Source of the DNA: Leptogorgia sarmentosa
Lineage: Eukaryota
Length of the DNA: 64,000 nt
Direction: 5' to 3'
NCBI GenBank assembly: GCA_964658305.1
Contig: OZ210885.1
Coordinates: forward strand, 25,048,001 to 25,112,000
In this document: positions 36,401 through 49,123 of the stretch, piece by piece
Layout of the letters: each line of letters opens with the position of its first letter
Position numbering within the stretch: position 1 is the stretch's first letter
Made by a program: the position numbers and the translations under genes
Notes under the pieces: model-generated
The model's input: the letters and a program-made list of their open reading frames with translations, nothing else
What the model was told of the DNA's origin: nothing
Database searches by the model: none

Positions 36401-37244
36401 CATGACAACATAAAGGATCAAGAGACCAATGTCCTAAAGGAATTGGAACAAATTTTCGAAAAAACGACCCCGCATTTCAACTTGATTAATCTTCATGATC
36501 TTCTGTTGATGAACTACCTCACCTTGAATAAACATTATGAAACTGTTTTGTTGAACTGAAAACGTTTTTAGGTTTACGTTACGTTCATTATATTTACTTG
36601 TTCTAGTTTATATTATTTTAATAACATGTTCTGTTTTGGGTGTACAAATTCTCGTAAAGTATGTCGAGATTATCGAAAAACGCATGAGCTTTACCAAGCT
36701 ATTGCTAACGGTCTTCACTTCTCCCGTACCCATCCAAGCGGGTTTGGGTCGGTATAGCAGAGTGAAGACTATTCAAATAGACTATCCAAAGTCGACATAA
36801 TTGCTTTTTTTAAGTTTATGAATCCGTGAGTCGTCTCACTGAGACCTTTGATTCGAGCACTTGCAGAGACATCACTTGTACATGCAGGAAAAACACGACC
36901 CTGTAATTCTGGGAATCTTTCAAGCAAACTGGGGTTAAGGGTTATGCCCATCACATTGACCTCACCAAGCCCTTTTCTGATGTCATCTAAGGCCGGTAAT
37001 CTCTTTGTCACAACTTCATGAACTAAACAGCATTCATATTGTAGGTGCCTTTTTTGCTCCGTTACTTCCAGGTGTGGATAACCAGCAGCCTGTAGTTCTT
37101 CAAGTATGCAAAGTGGTGATTCTGGAAGAGTAAACTCTGCCAAGGTTGAACTGTCATAACACAAGAGCTAGAAGATAAGTAGTGGTGGGGCATGTTAAAC
37201 AACCTAACATTGTAAAGTAAGTGCACAAAGGTTAGAAACGTGCT

Positions 37245-37919
37245 TTGGTACGAGCTTTAAAAGCTTCTCGGAATCCTCCCACGCCAAACGGTTGATTCTC
37301 AATCTAAAACTCAACTGTTGTAGAATTGCAAGACCAGGCCATTTCACTGATGTTGAACGTAAACAGTTCAATCGGTTTAGTGCCAATCTTATCATCAATA
37401 ACTTTTCCCAACTTTAGCATGTCAACAACCAACAAACTCTTTGGGTAAGCTTTACTTGGACTTTGCTGTGTGGTACATGGCAGTGATTTCATTGCGCTGG
37501 TCGTTTCGCTAGTTGCATGCTTCCTTTTGGGAACTCTACGAATTTCATGACCACTCTCACTTTTCTCTTCGACAAAGCGTACATGGACAACTCGAAGATC
37601 AGGTATGCGTTCAACAGATGTGCAAGATGGGCCCTGTTCACCGGCCAAGATATCACATGCGATGTTTTTTCCGATCGCCGCGGCAAAATGTTTCATACAT
37701 GCTTGTTTAATGTTTGAAATGCTCACTTCATCGTATTCGTAAGGGACAAATTCCCTAGGTCCGATTCGGGAATACTTCTGCGCTTTCCCAGACACCTCAG
37801 CACTTAAACGCTGTACAATCAACTCTTCTTTTTTTAGAATGTCGGTTGAAGGACTCTTTCCTATTTCCCAGTCGCTTATTAGCTACTGTTTGCTTGTATT
37901 TTTTCCAAGCGTTGGCCAT
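37245..37919 (-). pseudogene. Alpha-kinase-like protein, N-terminal fragment
   Basis: Past an in-frame stop the ORF continues ENQPFGVGGFREAFKA, resembling the alpha-kinase P-loop. It is truncated after that. Confidence 0.6.
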
Positions 37920-38366
37920 ATTTGCATTTATGCACGCACACTGCATGCGCTGCTTTTCGAACGTTCCTTGTGTATGACGGTATACTATGGCAGCGATAGG
38001 CCATGAAGATTTTAATTTAACTTTTATATGAATTTTAAAATGCATTTTGTTTTGTTTTCATTTCTTTTTAAATATCGAAAGTGTTTAAAAAATCATTTGC
38101 CATTTGTTTTTATTTAACTTCTATTTCATATTGTATTTTTACTTTATTATTATTTTTATTAAAATTTTGTAATGGCAGCGCTCGGCCACCATAGTTGTCC
38201 TTCACTTGACGTTGATAAAATGTTAAAGGCTGCCAAAGGAAGATCCCATACAGATTGCTCAAGAGTGTCATAACTGGAGCTATCAAATTCCTCATCTACG
38301 CAAAATAAAATACAAGAACTAACATAAAAAATGGGGATTAAAAACTTGAAGTGCCTTCAGTATGAA

Positions 38367-38564
38367 TCAATTCAACACACCTGTAACTCCGAGGAATGTG
38401 TTGACAACTTTCTGAACATCTCCACTGTGTTCATTCAGAGATTGTGTGATCCTCTCATTACTAATGATAGGAAACATTTCCTTCAATGAATTCACCTTTC
38501 CTTCGAAAACAGAGGATTCTGGAGCTTTTTCACAACAGTGTTGGTTAGGTGTAGTAAGCTTCAC
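38367..38564 (-). pseudogene. Exon with CUE-like ubiquitin-binding motif, possibly upstream part of the HECT gene
   Basis: KVNSLKEMFPIISNERITQSLNEHSGDVQKVVNTFL has the MFP motif and CUE spacing. Confidence 0.55.
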
Positions 38565-38887
38565 TGGTTCAAGTGAACCATCTTGATATTGAGTGCTAGC
38601 TGCATTTGTAGAAGAGGACCCTTCTATGTACTTTCTTATGTCAGTTGATTGACTTACAGACTCTGAGGAAGAATCTTCATTTTGACTGGCTCTAAATTTA
38701 TACCAACAAATATTTTATTGTAAAAATATGAAGGTAAAGTACAAGGTCATTCTGTGTATACACACATGCATGACTTAATACTGTAAATCCAACACTAAAA
38801 TGAAGCCTGTTGCTCAAGTGTCAACACTGGCTTTGCCACATATGCATTTCAATGTAGTCTGCCTCTTACATCCATAAAAGACCTTAA

Positions 38888-39860
38888 GGTTACAGGACAT
38901 GTTTGGTAGTGTTCTGCGGAGAATCATGACTGCGTGCTCAATATAAGTCTGCTTTTTATCAAATTTTCACCAAATGTTCGTTTAGTGCATGTCGAATTTC
39001 GTAAAGTCATTGAATTGATAAAAAAGAGCAAATTATATGAAATATTCAGGAAAATTTTAAATTGCGGTACCTTCACGCGTCTCAGTTGTTCTCCAGCCAG
39101 TTTTAAGATATATTTGTCAAAATTTTCTTTCTATTTTGCCGTTCTTCTGATAATAGCGATTTCTTTGATGACTATGAAATATTTCTGATTTGTTTAGTGA
39201 ATTGCTTTGTAATTCACGAAATATCTAAAGCAAAGCCGGACACGTTTTTGAAGCAGACGTCTTTAGCTATGTGCTGTGAAAATTTCAGAAAAATTCGTTG
39301 AAACCGGCAGAACAACTCATTTGAAAACCAGTATATGCCAAAAGCAAGTTTCGCAAAAAATTGAATTTGAATTCTACCTGGAGTTTCGTGGGGTTTTTTC
39401 ACTTGACGAACAACAAAATGTACCAAAGGTGTCAAAGGTATTTATAGAACGTTGTTTTGATATCTGATTTATCATTTATGAACGTCTATATTTTGGCGGC
39501 TCGAAGCAGGAATTGAAAATCAATTGGGTCAAATCTTATTTTTACTATATATCGCGCGTTATGCCACGGAAGAGAAATTTACCCGATAAAGTGTCATCTC
39601 AAAAATTACACGATTTGCAAAATATACCGGCAAAAATAAAGCAAAAAAGAAACTTCGAAGGTCAGCAAAACGCTCGGCAAGAAGTTAAAGGAAAGAAATT
39701 TTCAGAGTCATCTTTTGCTGCAAATGAAGGAGAAAGGGTGCGTTGAGTGTGTGTTATCATTGCACTTCGTTTGTTCACTATAGCACCTGAATACAGTTTG
39801 CATTTTCCATTTCCCGATCTAAGTCATGTTATCATTTTCGATGAAGATATAATGGAAAAA
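38888..39860 (+). mobile_element. Possible Kolobok-type 5' end, truncated
   Basis: TTAA|GGTTACAGGACATG followed by a short basic MPRKRN... ORF start. No matching right end found. Confidence 0.3.
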
Positions 39861-40675
39861 AATTTGTAGATCGGATGTCTACGACCATACCAGTAGGAAA
39901 ATACCGGTTCTCGTCTGATCACCAAAGTTAAGCCTCGGCGGGCAAAGTTAGTACTTGAGTACTTGGATGGGTGACCACCTGTAAATACTTCGTGTCGTAG
40001 ACTTGGTAGATTTTACTGTATGTGTGTTTGCAAATAGCTTTGCTTTCAATGTAAATTTCACGGATTTTGTTATTGCTACATCTGGGAATACTTTCTATCG
40101 TTGTTCTGCTAAATTTTATTGTTTGCGTATTTGTAAATATCATTGCTTTCAATTTCAACTTCGGGGTTTTGTTATTGCTACCCGTTTAAAAAGTGTAACT
40201 TCCATAAACGGATCTCTACGAACATACCCACGCTGGCGCGAACTAGCTGTAGATTGGGTCATTTCCGGTTGACTTCTATTATGCAATGCGCCCGGGATCG
40301 AGTTTGGGCAAGAAAATCTGTGCTAACCCGCATTTCCTGTCTTTTAATGAGCCCTTGTAAGTACGGGTAATATTTAGCTGGAAATGGCGGGCAACAGGAA
40401 GGATCTATTGAATGTGAGCTACACTATGATATGAATTTCGCCTGTGTTTTCGCCTCAAATCGTCTGATATTCATCTATGATTGAGAGCGAAATTGTGCCT
40501 CTTGGTGTGCAAGATAATTCAAAGTAAGTCATTCAAGATATATTTGTGGGGTTTTGAAGATCAAATATAAAAATTCAAAATCATACGAATATTGTATGAT
40601 ATTTTTTCTCATTAAAAATGTATTTATTCATGACCAGTCGTGCTTGACCAAAATTTTAAATCAATGCTTTTTCAG

Positions 40676-43600
40676 AGCACACGGCACGGCACAAAGTAAC
40701 AAGAAGCGTAGATTTAATCTTGGAGAATATCAACGAGTGAAAAAGCAAGTCATAGAGAGTGATTTACTAAAGAAGGCTCTAAATGAACAGAAAATCAAGG
40801 AATCCAGACTTCTGTTGCAAAATCAAGAGGCTGGGCTCCAGGAAATTGCTAAGAAATTGCATTCTACTCAGGCACTTATATCGAAGAAGAAGCGAAAGGT
40901 ATATATTTTCATGTATTATATAATACAAAAGCCCACAAACACATCTTGGGGGGGGGGGGTTATTTATATATGTGCTAAATACTATGTTTTAATAATTAAT
41001 ACATTTCATTAGATTGATCAACTGAAGGAAAATGATTTAGTGGGCAACAGCATTGATTGTTCTAAGCCAAGCAGAATTTTGGACTCCTCTAGTGAGAAAT
41101 TGGACCTATCCAGATCACAACAAAGTAGAAGGAAACAAAAGACTGTCGCAGCTATGAAAACCATCCATTGTGGAACAGATATGAAGCCGGATGAAAGTTT
41201 AAAGTCTGTGAAGGATGGGTTATGGACAACTTTAATCGGAACATGTACAAATTCTGAGTTGTCATCCTATATATCGCAATCAAAATTGTGTACTGGAAGA
41301 ATTTTACCTAGCATCGTTAAGGACAAATGCAAAGAGTATACAACCAGCCAATCGAACCAACTAAGAAGCATGCGTGTGCTGTACGAAAGGGGACTTATAG
41401 GAAAACGAAAGTATACAAGCATTCGTAACAGCTCTGATGTGGTTACTGCGACTGGAAACAAGAAGAAGAACAAAAAAGCAGAGATACTTCCAGGATGTGA
41501 AATTCCAAAAATCCTACCGTACAAGAATGTTACAAAAGTTATTAGAAGTATCAACATTGGGGAAGTCATTGGCCTGGAAAAGTTAGCCACTGAGCTTTCA
41601 CTAACACCAGTGCCTGGAGTATACCGACCATTAAAGCCATTTCTCCTTAGGCTGGCTGATCTCTACCTATTGGTTGATGAAAAAAATCCTTGCCTTCACT
41701 GGTTTAATAATGCAAAAAATGTCTTTCATGTAGCGGTTGGAGCAGATGGAGCACCTTTTGGTAAAGAGGACACTGCAACTGGTAAGTATTTCAATTTTCA
41801 TTGCAAGTAAACTAACATTTGAGGATGGAGTATGCAATGATGTAAGGCAAGCTCAGTCCAAGAAACGTTAATCAAAGTAACTGCCATATAAGCCAACTGC
41901 TGGACATTTTGCATCACAGTTATTTTGTTCTAATGTGGCCTGCCTATTGCTAGTACCGTATTGAATTAGCGAAAACTTGGCTTTATCAAATATCTTTTTT
42001 GCTGAAAATTAACCTGCCTTTAACAGATTGACCCGATTTGTGTGCATTCGTACACACATACAAATTTATTGGTAATATTATTAATAACAACTTTGGTTGG
42101 GAACAAGTAGGGAAATTCCCCCCCCCCCCCCCATCCCCTCCTCCCCCCCCCCATCCCCTCCTCCAACAAAATTTAAACAGCAAAATTTGCAGGAAAGATT
42201 GAAACAAGGAAAATGTGGAAACTATTTTTAAAATTGGCCAAAGTTTGTGTTTTCTCTCAAACCTGAATACTTAAGCTTACCACTATATATGTAAATGTTG
42301 CAATAAAAGAACATTCTATTAAATTGTATTTTAGCATATTTGGTAAGCTTCCCTAATCTCCTGCAAGGGGTTCAAAGCTGTACCAACAACCACCTGCTTT
42401 TGGGGGCCGATTGTGCTGAAGACCATCCATTGATGATGAGCTATACTAAACGGCTAACTAAAGAAATGGAAGAGATGGAAGCAACGCACCTGAAAACCGA
42501 GAGAGGACATGAAGTGTCCTTCAAATTTGAGCTGGTACCTGCTGACCAGAAGTGGGTTGCACTCATGTCTGGAGAACTGAACAACGCAGCAACCTACTTC
42601 TCATCTTTCGCTGATGTCAGCAAAGATACCAAGAACACAATGGGTGGTTCAATTGGTAAGTCGGGAGGGACTTGGCAACCATGGGACTATAAGGGGAGAC
42701 TTGAAATAGTTAAAAAAGTGGAAAAATTCAAGAAAACCCTAAAGGATCCGGTTGGCAAGCAAAGAGGTAAAGTTACTGCATTCATTGCAAGTAACAAGTC
42801 ACGACAAGAATTTAGTCCACCTCTCGGAAAATATGTTGATTCCATTAAAGCTGAACCCCTACACTGTACAAACAATGCATGGCAGAATTGGTTCACACTT
42901 GCTTTGGCAATAGCCATGCAGTTTACTAGTGAGAGCCTGCTCAAATCTGCAAAGTCACTGTCAGATTTGCCAAGTTCGTCTGCACTTTCTAAATTCATGG
43001 CATGTGTGAAAACTGCCGTAAAATGTGGACGATTATTCAAGAATTTCTCTAGATGGTTTGCTGAGAAGAGAAAGAGTGGTATTAACTATTGTTTCAGATT
43101 CACCGGATTAGAGTCAAAGAAATTTGCATGGAATTTTAGTTTCCTTGTCCAAGAATTGCTAAGTATTGATGGAATTTCAGAACAAATTCAAGTTAAAATT
43201 CATGCTTTAGCGTTCGTTGCACTTCAACTGCGAGATTCTGCGGCAATTTACAGCAGAGTATCCATTGATGCAGATTTAACTGAATTATTAGGTGTTAAAT
43301 GCAAACAGTATTTCAATGCCAGTTGCTTGTTTTTTGGAGTAAATCCTTCTGTTTGGTCAATTGGTTATGCAATTCCTTACCACACCAGACAGCTATTTGA
43401 AAGCACTGGGTTTGGTTTAGGACTGAACACGATGCAAGGGCGTGAGGCCAAGCACATTAAATTGGCAAGATATATCCAGAATACATGCAATGTCAAGAAG
43501 GACCAAAGATGGTGGATTGTGTTTCGGCATGAGTTTATTTCATTGGTTTGGCTGAGGGAGCTCGATCTGCTCAGCATTACTTATCATCAGAAATGTGAAA

Positions 43601-43785
43601 CTAACCTTAACCAAACATATGTCCCAAGGAGGGTTTCATGCGCAACAGAGGATTACTGCAATTGCGGAAACAAGAAATCGAGAGAGCAGAGTAAATGTTC
43701 TATCTGTGACAGCACAATTATGCAGCTAATACGGCAGAGTGCTGTTAACCAAGGAGTTGTCAGTGACTTAAGAAAAATGTTATAA
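40676..43785 (+). CDS. Spliced RAG1/Transib-like DDE transposase (over 800 aa; first exon uncertain)
   Basis: Exons 40676-40898, 41013-41781 and 42335-43785 join in frame via GT-AG. Motif order is GADG, PADQK, AEPLHC, RFTG, PYH, GLGLNTMQGREAKH, with a C-terminal CxC..CxxC. Confidence 0.7.
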
Positions 43786-44639
43786 ACTGTTATATATGTG
43801 TGTGTATTTGTTTTATAAAGTATGTTAAATTAAAATGATGCCTTGGAGCATCCTTCAATCAGTTTATTCGCATTATTTATTTCATTTCGATTGACATTTT
43901 GTACCCACAAATCAGATATATTTACTAGTGCTTCAGAAAATCAGTACATGTTTAGTGGCATCTAAACTGCTCATACTTACGCTCGACTGAGTGCATCGAC
44001 GGTGACGTTATCCAGAGGCAATAATATGTACTGCAGTTTTCCTCAGTCCAAGTAAATATATGTGTTTTATATGGCAATTTTAACTTCTGGGTCAAGTACA
44101 TGCAAGCTTTCAAATTGATTGGCTACTGAGTAATAATATATTTCAGAAATTGTAAAAGAGGTCCTGAAAAATATACTGATTAATTCCTAACAGACTGATT
44201 TTGTGTTTCTAACAAGCATAGATCAGTACTCTTAAAGCAAGAAGCCATCAAGATCAGATGTCAAAAGTACCATGTATTATAAACTAAATTATTATAATTA
44301 CAGCATTAGCCCTATAACCGTTGATGCTCAACACTTTCCCTTAGCAATTGATGAGATTAACCACACTATATATATATGCATACATATATATAGTGAGTTA
44401 GCTGCAATATATGCTTTCTTTGCTGTTTCACTCTGTCTGACGCCAAACAACTGTTTTATTCATCAAAGAGAATGCGTTCAGGATCATTGGGTTGATATTG
44501 AAACTTTCAGTTTAATGATGCAAACTAACCCATTCACTGTTCAATATATAGTACTTATGCAAAGCCTACTGTCTACAGTGATAAGCCTATAAAAACACAA
44601 CAGATTTACAATTCCATTTAGCTACAACTTTCTATTATT

Positions 44640-45318
44640 TCAATGTTGTGGTACCCCAAAAATATTCCAATAGCCATAGTAAAAGTGCACTGAAAGTACC
44701 TCTGAGTTTTTATAATACTTCAATTTTAGTGGTTTATCACTGCTTATCACAACTTCAGACCTTTCCAATGACCCTTCTACTGTGATTGGTAATCCCTTTC
44801 AGAACATGGCGCAGGATCAGACTTTCAGCATTCATATAATCAAAAACAAAGCGTGCTTTCCTTATATTCTCGATCGAAATATCAACGCAGGCAATCGTTT
44901 CTTTGTACGTATGGCCATAACTATTTCTTTGGATAATATGCTTGCAAATAATCTCAAATATTTCTCTTGGGATGTCCATAGTAAAATCACCTCGCCGTGG
45001 CGAACAAATGTTGGCCGAAGATCGCAGCTTTCGACAAATTTTAGAATGTATCTTCTGAAGTGCATTTATGACCATACTTCTGCTGGCTACAAGGTGTTGA
45101 ATTCCAGGTAATTTAACCGCAAGCTTCAAGTATTTCGCCTCCAAAACCGCTAAGGCTGCTTCTGCTTCACTGTAAAAGCACGAAATGTTTTGATGTGCAT
45201 CACTACTTTTTGTCTGGCAAAAATACTCATGTTTTTGCCGATTAAATAGCGCGTTTACTTCTTTTGTTGGCGGGCTATTTCTAAACAGATAACTGACAGC
45301 ACTGCTGGAATTCGCCAT
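44640..45318 (-). pseudogene. Second, convergent gene of unknown function in the CAC element (one frameshift)
   Basis: ORF MANSSS.. (45318-44755) continues in another frame as RSEVVISSDKPLKLKYY..FYYGYWNIFGVPQH* to 44640. Confidence 0.6.
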
Positions 45319-46063
45319 TTTGAATAATACAATCATTTTGCCGCTGATCTCATACTAACTGGAACGGCGAATGACACATTTTCCGGGGGTTTGGCGCCAG
45401 CGTGCCAGTAGGAAAATACCGGTTCTCGTCTGATCAACGAAGTTAAACCTAGGCGGGCGAAGTTAGTACTTGGATGGGTGATCACCTGGGAATACTTAGT
45501 GTCGTATACTTGCTAGATTTTGTTGTATGTGTGTTTGAAAATAGCTTTGCTTTCAATGTGAACTTCAGGGATTTTGTTATTGCTACATCTGGGAATACTT
45601 TGTATCATTGTTTTGCTAAATTTCACTGCGAAAACACCGGTTCTCGTGCGATCATTGAAGTTAAGTCTAGTTAGGCAAAGTTAGTACTTTGACGGGATGA
45701 CCATCTCGGAATACTTTGTATCCTTGTTTTGCTAAATTTTATTGTATGCCTATTTGTAAATATCATTGCTTTCAATTTCAACTTCGGGGTTTTGTTATTG
45801 TTACCTGTTTAAAAAGTGTAACTTCCATAATCGGATGTCTACGATCATACCAGTAGGAAAATACCGGTTCTCGTGCGATCACCGAAGTTAAGTCTAGTTA
45901 GCGAAACTTAGTACTTTGACGGGATGACCATGTGGGAATACTTTGTATCCTTGTTTTGCTAAATTTTATTGTATGCGTATTTGTAAACATCATTGCTTTC
46001 AATTTCAACTTCGGGGTTTTGTTATTGTTACCTGTTTAAAAAGTGTAACTTCCATAAACGGAT

Positions 46064-46183
46064 GTCTACGACCATACCAGTAGGAAAATACCGGTTCTCG
46101 TCTGATCACCGAAGTTAATCCTAGGCAGGTGAAGTTAGTACTTGGATGGGTGACCACCTGGGAATACTTTGTGTCGTAGACTT
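46064..46183 (+). rRNA. 5S rRNA variant or pseudogene (one of the best-preserved copies, 120 nt)
   Basis: Full length, with terminal helix GTCTACGAC/GTCGTAGAC and recognisable internal control region sequence. No immediate oligo-T terminator. Confidence 0.7.
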
Positions 46184-49123
46184 CCTACATTTTATTGTAT
46201 GTTGATTTGTAAATAGCTTTGCTTTCAATGAAAACATCTGGGATTTTGTTATTGTGACATCTATAAAAAGTGCAATTTCCAACCAGCATTAAGTCTAGTA
46301 AGGCAAATTTACTACTTTGATGGGATGACCATCTGGGAATACTTTGTATCCTTGTTTTGCTAAATTTTATTGTATGCCTATTTGTAAATAGAATGCTTTC
46401 AATTACAACTGCAGGGTTTTTCTTATTGTTACACGTTTAAAAAGTGTAACTTCCATCAAGAAATGTCTACAACCATACCAGTAGGAAAATACCGGTTCTT
46501 GTCTGATCACCGAAGTTAAGCCTAGGTGGGTGAAGTTAGTACTTGGATGGGTGACCACATGGGAATAATTCGTGTCGTAGAATGGCTGCATTTTATGGTA
46601 TGTGTGTTTATAAACAGCTTTGCTTTCAATGTAAATTTCAGGGATTTTGTTATTGCTACATCTGTGAATACTTTGTATCGTTGTTCTGCTAAAGTTTATT
46701 GCATGTGTGTTTGTAAATATCATTGCTTTCAATTCCAGCGTTTGTTATTGTTACCCGTTTAAAAAGTGTAACTTCTATAAACGGATCTCTACGATCATAC
46801 CAGTAGGAAAATACCGGTTCTCGTGTGATCAACGAAGTTAAACCTAGGCGGACAAAGTTAGTACTTGGATGGGTGACCACCTGGGAATACTTCGTCTCGT
46901 AGACTTGTTACATTTTATTGTATGTGTGTTTGAAAATAGCTTTGCTTTCAATGTGAACTTCAGGGATTTTGTTATTGCAACATCTGGGAATACTTTGTAT
47001 CCTTGTTTTGCTAAATTTTATTGTATGCCTATTTGTAAATAGCATTGCTTTCAATTACAACTGCAGGGTTTTTCTTATTGTTACACGTTTAAAAAGTGTA
47101 ACTTCGATCAAGAAATGTCTACAAGCATACCAGTAGAAAAATACCGGTTCTTGTCTGATTACAGAAGTTAAGCCTAGGTGGGTGAAGTTAGTACTTGGAT
47201 GGGTGACCACATGGGAATAATTCGTGTCGTAGAATGGCTGCATTTTATTGTATGTGTGTTTATAAACAGCTTTGCTTTCAATGTAAATTTCAGGGATTGT
47301 GTTATTGTTACTCTACGACCGTACCACTGCGAAAACACTGGTTCTTGTGCGATCACCGAAGTTAAGTCTAGTTAGGTAAAGTTAGTACTTTGATGGGATG
47401 ACCATCTGGGAATACTTTGTATCCTTGTTTTGCTAAATTTTATTGTATGCGTATTTGTAAATATCATTGCTTTCAATTTCAAATTCGGGGTTTTGTTATT
47501 GTTCCCGTTTAAAAAGTGTAACTTCCATAATCGGATGCCTACGACCATAGCAGTAGCAAAATACTGGTTCTCGTCTGATGAACGAAGTTAAACCTAGGCG
47601 GGTGAAGTTAGTACTTTGACGGGATGACCACCTGGGAATACTTCGTGTTGTAGACTTGCTAGATTTTATTGTATATGAGTTTGTGAATATCATTGCTTTC
47701 AATTTCAAATTCGGGGTTTTGTTATTGTTCCCGTTTAAAAAGTGTAACTTCCATAATCGGATGCCTACGACCATAGCAGTAGCAAAATACTGGTTCTCGT
47801 CTGATGAACGAAGTTAAACCTAGGCGGGTGAAGTTAGTACTTGGATGGGTGACCACCTGGGAATACTTCGTGTCGTAGACTTCCTACATTTTATTGTATG
47901 TTGATTTGTAAATAGCTTTGCTTTCAATGAAAACATCTGGGATTTTGTTATTGTGACATCTATAAAAAGTGCAATTTCCAACCAGCATTAAGTCTAGATA
48001 GGCAAATTTACTACTTTGACGGGATGACCATCTGGGAATACTTTGTATCCTTGTTTTGCTAAATTTTATTGCATGCCTATTTGTAAATAGCATTGCTTTC
48101 AATTACAACTGCAGGGTTTTTGTATCTGCAAACGCAGATACTATGCTATGATCTGTCAGCTGTTAGCTTCTAGCCAATCAGCAACGAGCTTTTGCTTATA
48201 ATTATGTAATGCAAGATGGCGGCGTTCGAGGAGTGAAGGCAATGTTCGATCGGATTTTTGCGAAAATGTGAAGTGCAGTGTTTAAGTACGACGGTTCAAG
48301 CAAACAATCTTGACTTTGCAGGTCCGTGTCAATGTGTAGTTGTAATTTAACAAAGGATTTGAAACGGCAGCGTGCTGTTTTATCGGCCTTTCGATTTGTA
48401 AATTGAAAATGCGTACAGAGCACACTGTCCAGATGGCCGACCCATGAACAGTTTTGTCACAGCACGCTATATAAAAACTGGATACATTCTGTTGAAGAGC
48501 CGAATCAGCAGCGAGCTTTTTTGTCTACGGTTTTGTTGTTCCTGTTCGCAGGTTAAGTCTAATCATATTCAAGATGGCGGTTCAAAATTGAAGGTGAGAA
48601 ATGCTGTACATAAGAACAGTCAACACTAACTGAACATCGCATATTTGATAGGACAGCATGCTGTTTTAGGAAATCTGTTGGAGTATAGTTCTAGGTTTTA
48701 ATGTTTTGTAATATATCGTTTAGTTATTTAATATATAAATCTACAAACGTAATTGACAAAATTGGATCGTCGCATTGAAATTTTAAAAAAAAATTATACT
48801 CCAGATCAAGAATCTCGCATTGTTGCATGGATTCCTTTTTCAACAAGCCACATTTTGGCTTTTGCTACTGATGACAAATTGCTTAATAATTTTTTTGGAA
48901 AGTTTGCAGTAAAATGAAATCAAGTAATCAACCACCCAACCTTACCCATATACAAAAGACAAACAAAATGTGTTTAATTAAAATATAGAAGTTTATTTTC
49001 AAAAATTTCAAACGTTATAGTATTTACATTTCACATCAGGAAAAAAACTAAAATAAATGTCTTTTAATAACAGAATATGAATATAGGCTACTGAAAAAAG
49101 TTCCAAGTCTATAGTATATTACT

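Larger units (their letters stand above)
26619..36846 (+). mobile_element. Helentron/Helitron2 element 1 (both termini present, internally deleted)
   Basis: 5' T-run followed by GACTCAC..GTGAGTC-TATGCTATC. The 3' end has a GTGAGTC subTIR and GTCTCA-c-TGAGAC hairpin before a T-run. Removal rejoins the HECT gene. Confidence 0.85.
26077..37164 (-). pseudogene. HECT E3 ubiquitin ligase domain (G2E3-like), split by Helentron 1
   Basis: 37164-36847 reads ..LDDIRKGL..RVFP..SASARIK and continues RHLEYSQ.. at about 26613. After an intron come LVQFWT and LPEANTC (catalytic Cys), ending GFGKM. Confidence 0.8.
40229..45404 (+). mobile_element. Two-gene DNA transposon with CAC termini (Transib/RAG1-like, CMC-related) inserted in a 5S copy
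   Basis: TIR CACGCTGGCGC(G/C)AA and 2-bp TSD CC (40227-40228 and 45405-45406). The flanks rejoin as the 5S sequence CATACCAGTAGG. Confidence 0.88.
39877..48116 (+). repeat. Degenerate 5S rDNA-derived tandem array (about 13 full or partial copies), split by a transposon
   Basis: Repeated GTCTACGACCATACC..CCGGTTCTCGTCTGATCACCGAAGTTAAG..GTTAGTACTTGGATGGGTGACC.CCTGGGAATAC..GTGTCGTAGAC with recurring AT-rich spacers. Confidence 0.92.

Noticed and set aside
42117..42165. C-rich tract with G-quadruplex potential and a poly-Gly ORF
   Set aside because: Low-complexity intronic tract with no evidence of function.
45405..48116. CRISPR-like repeat/spacer array, and short ORFs in the array
   Set aside because: The repeats are 5S rRNA-derived and the spacers are themselves repeated. 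There are no cas genes and the context is eukaryotic. The ORFs are incidental translations.
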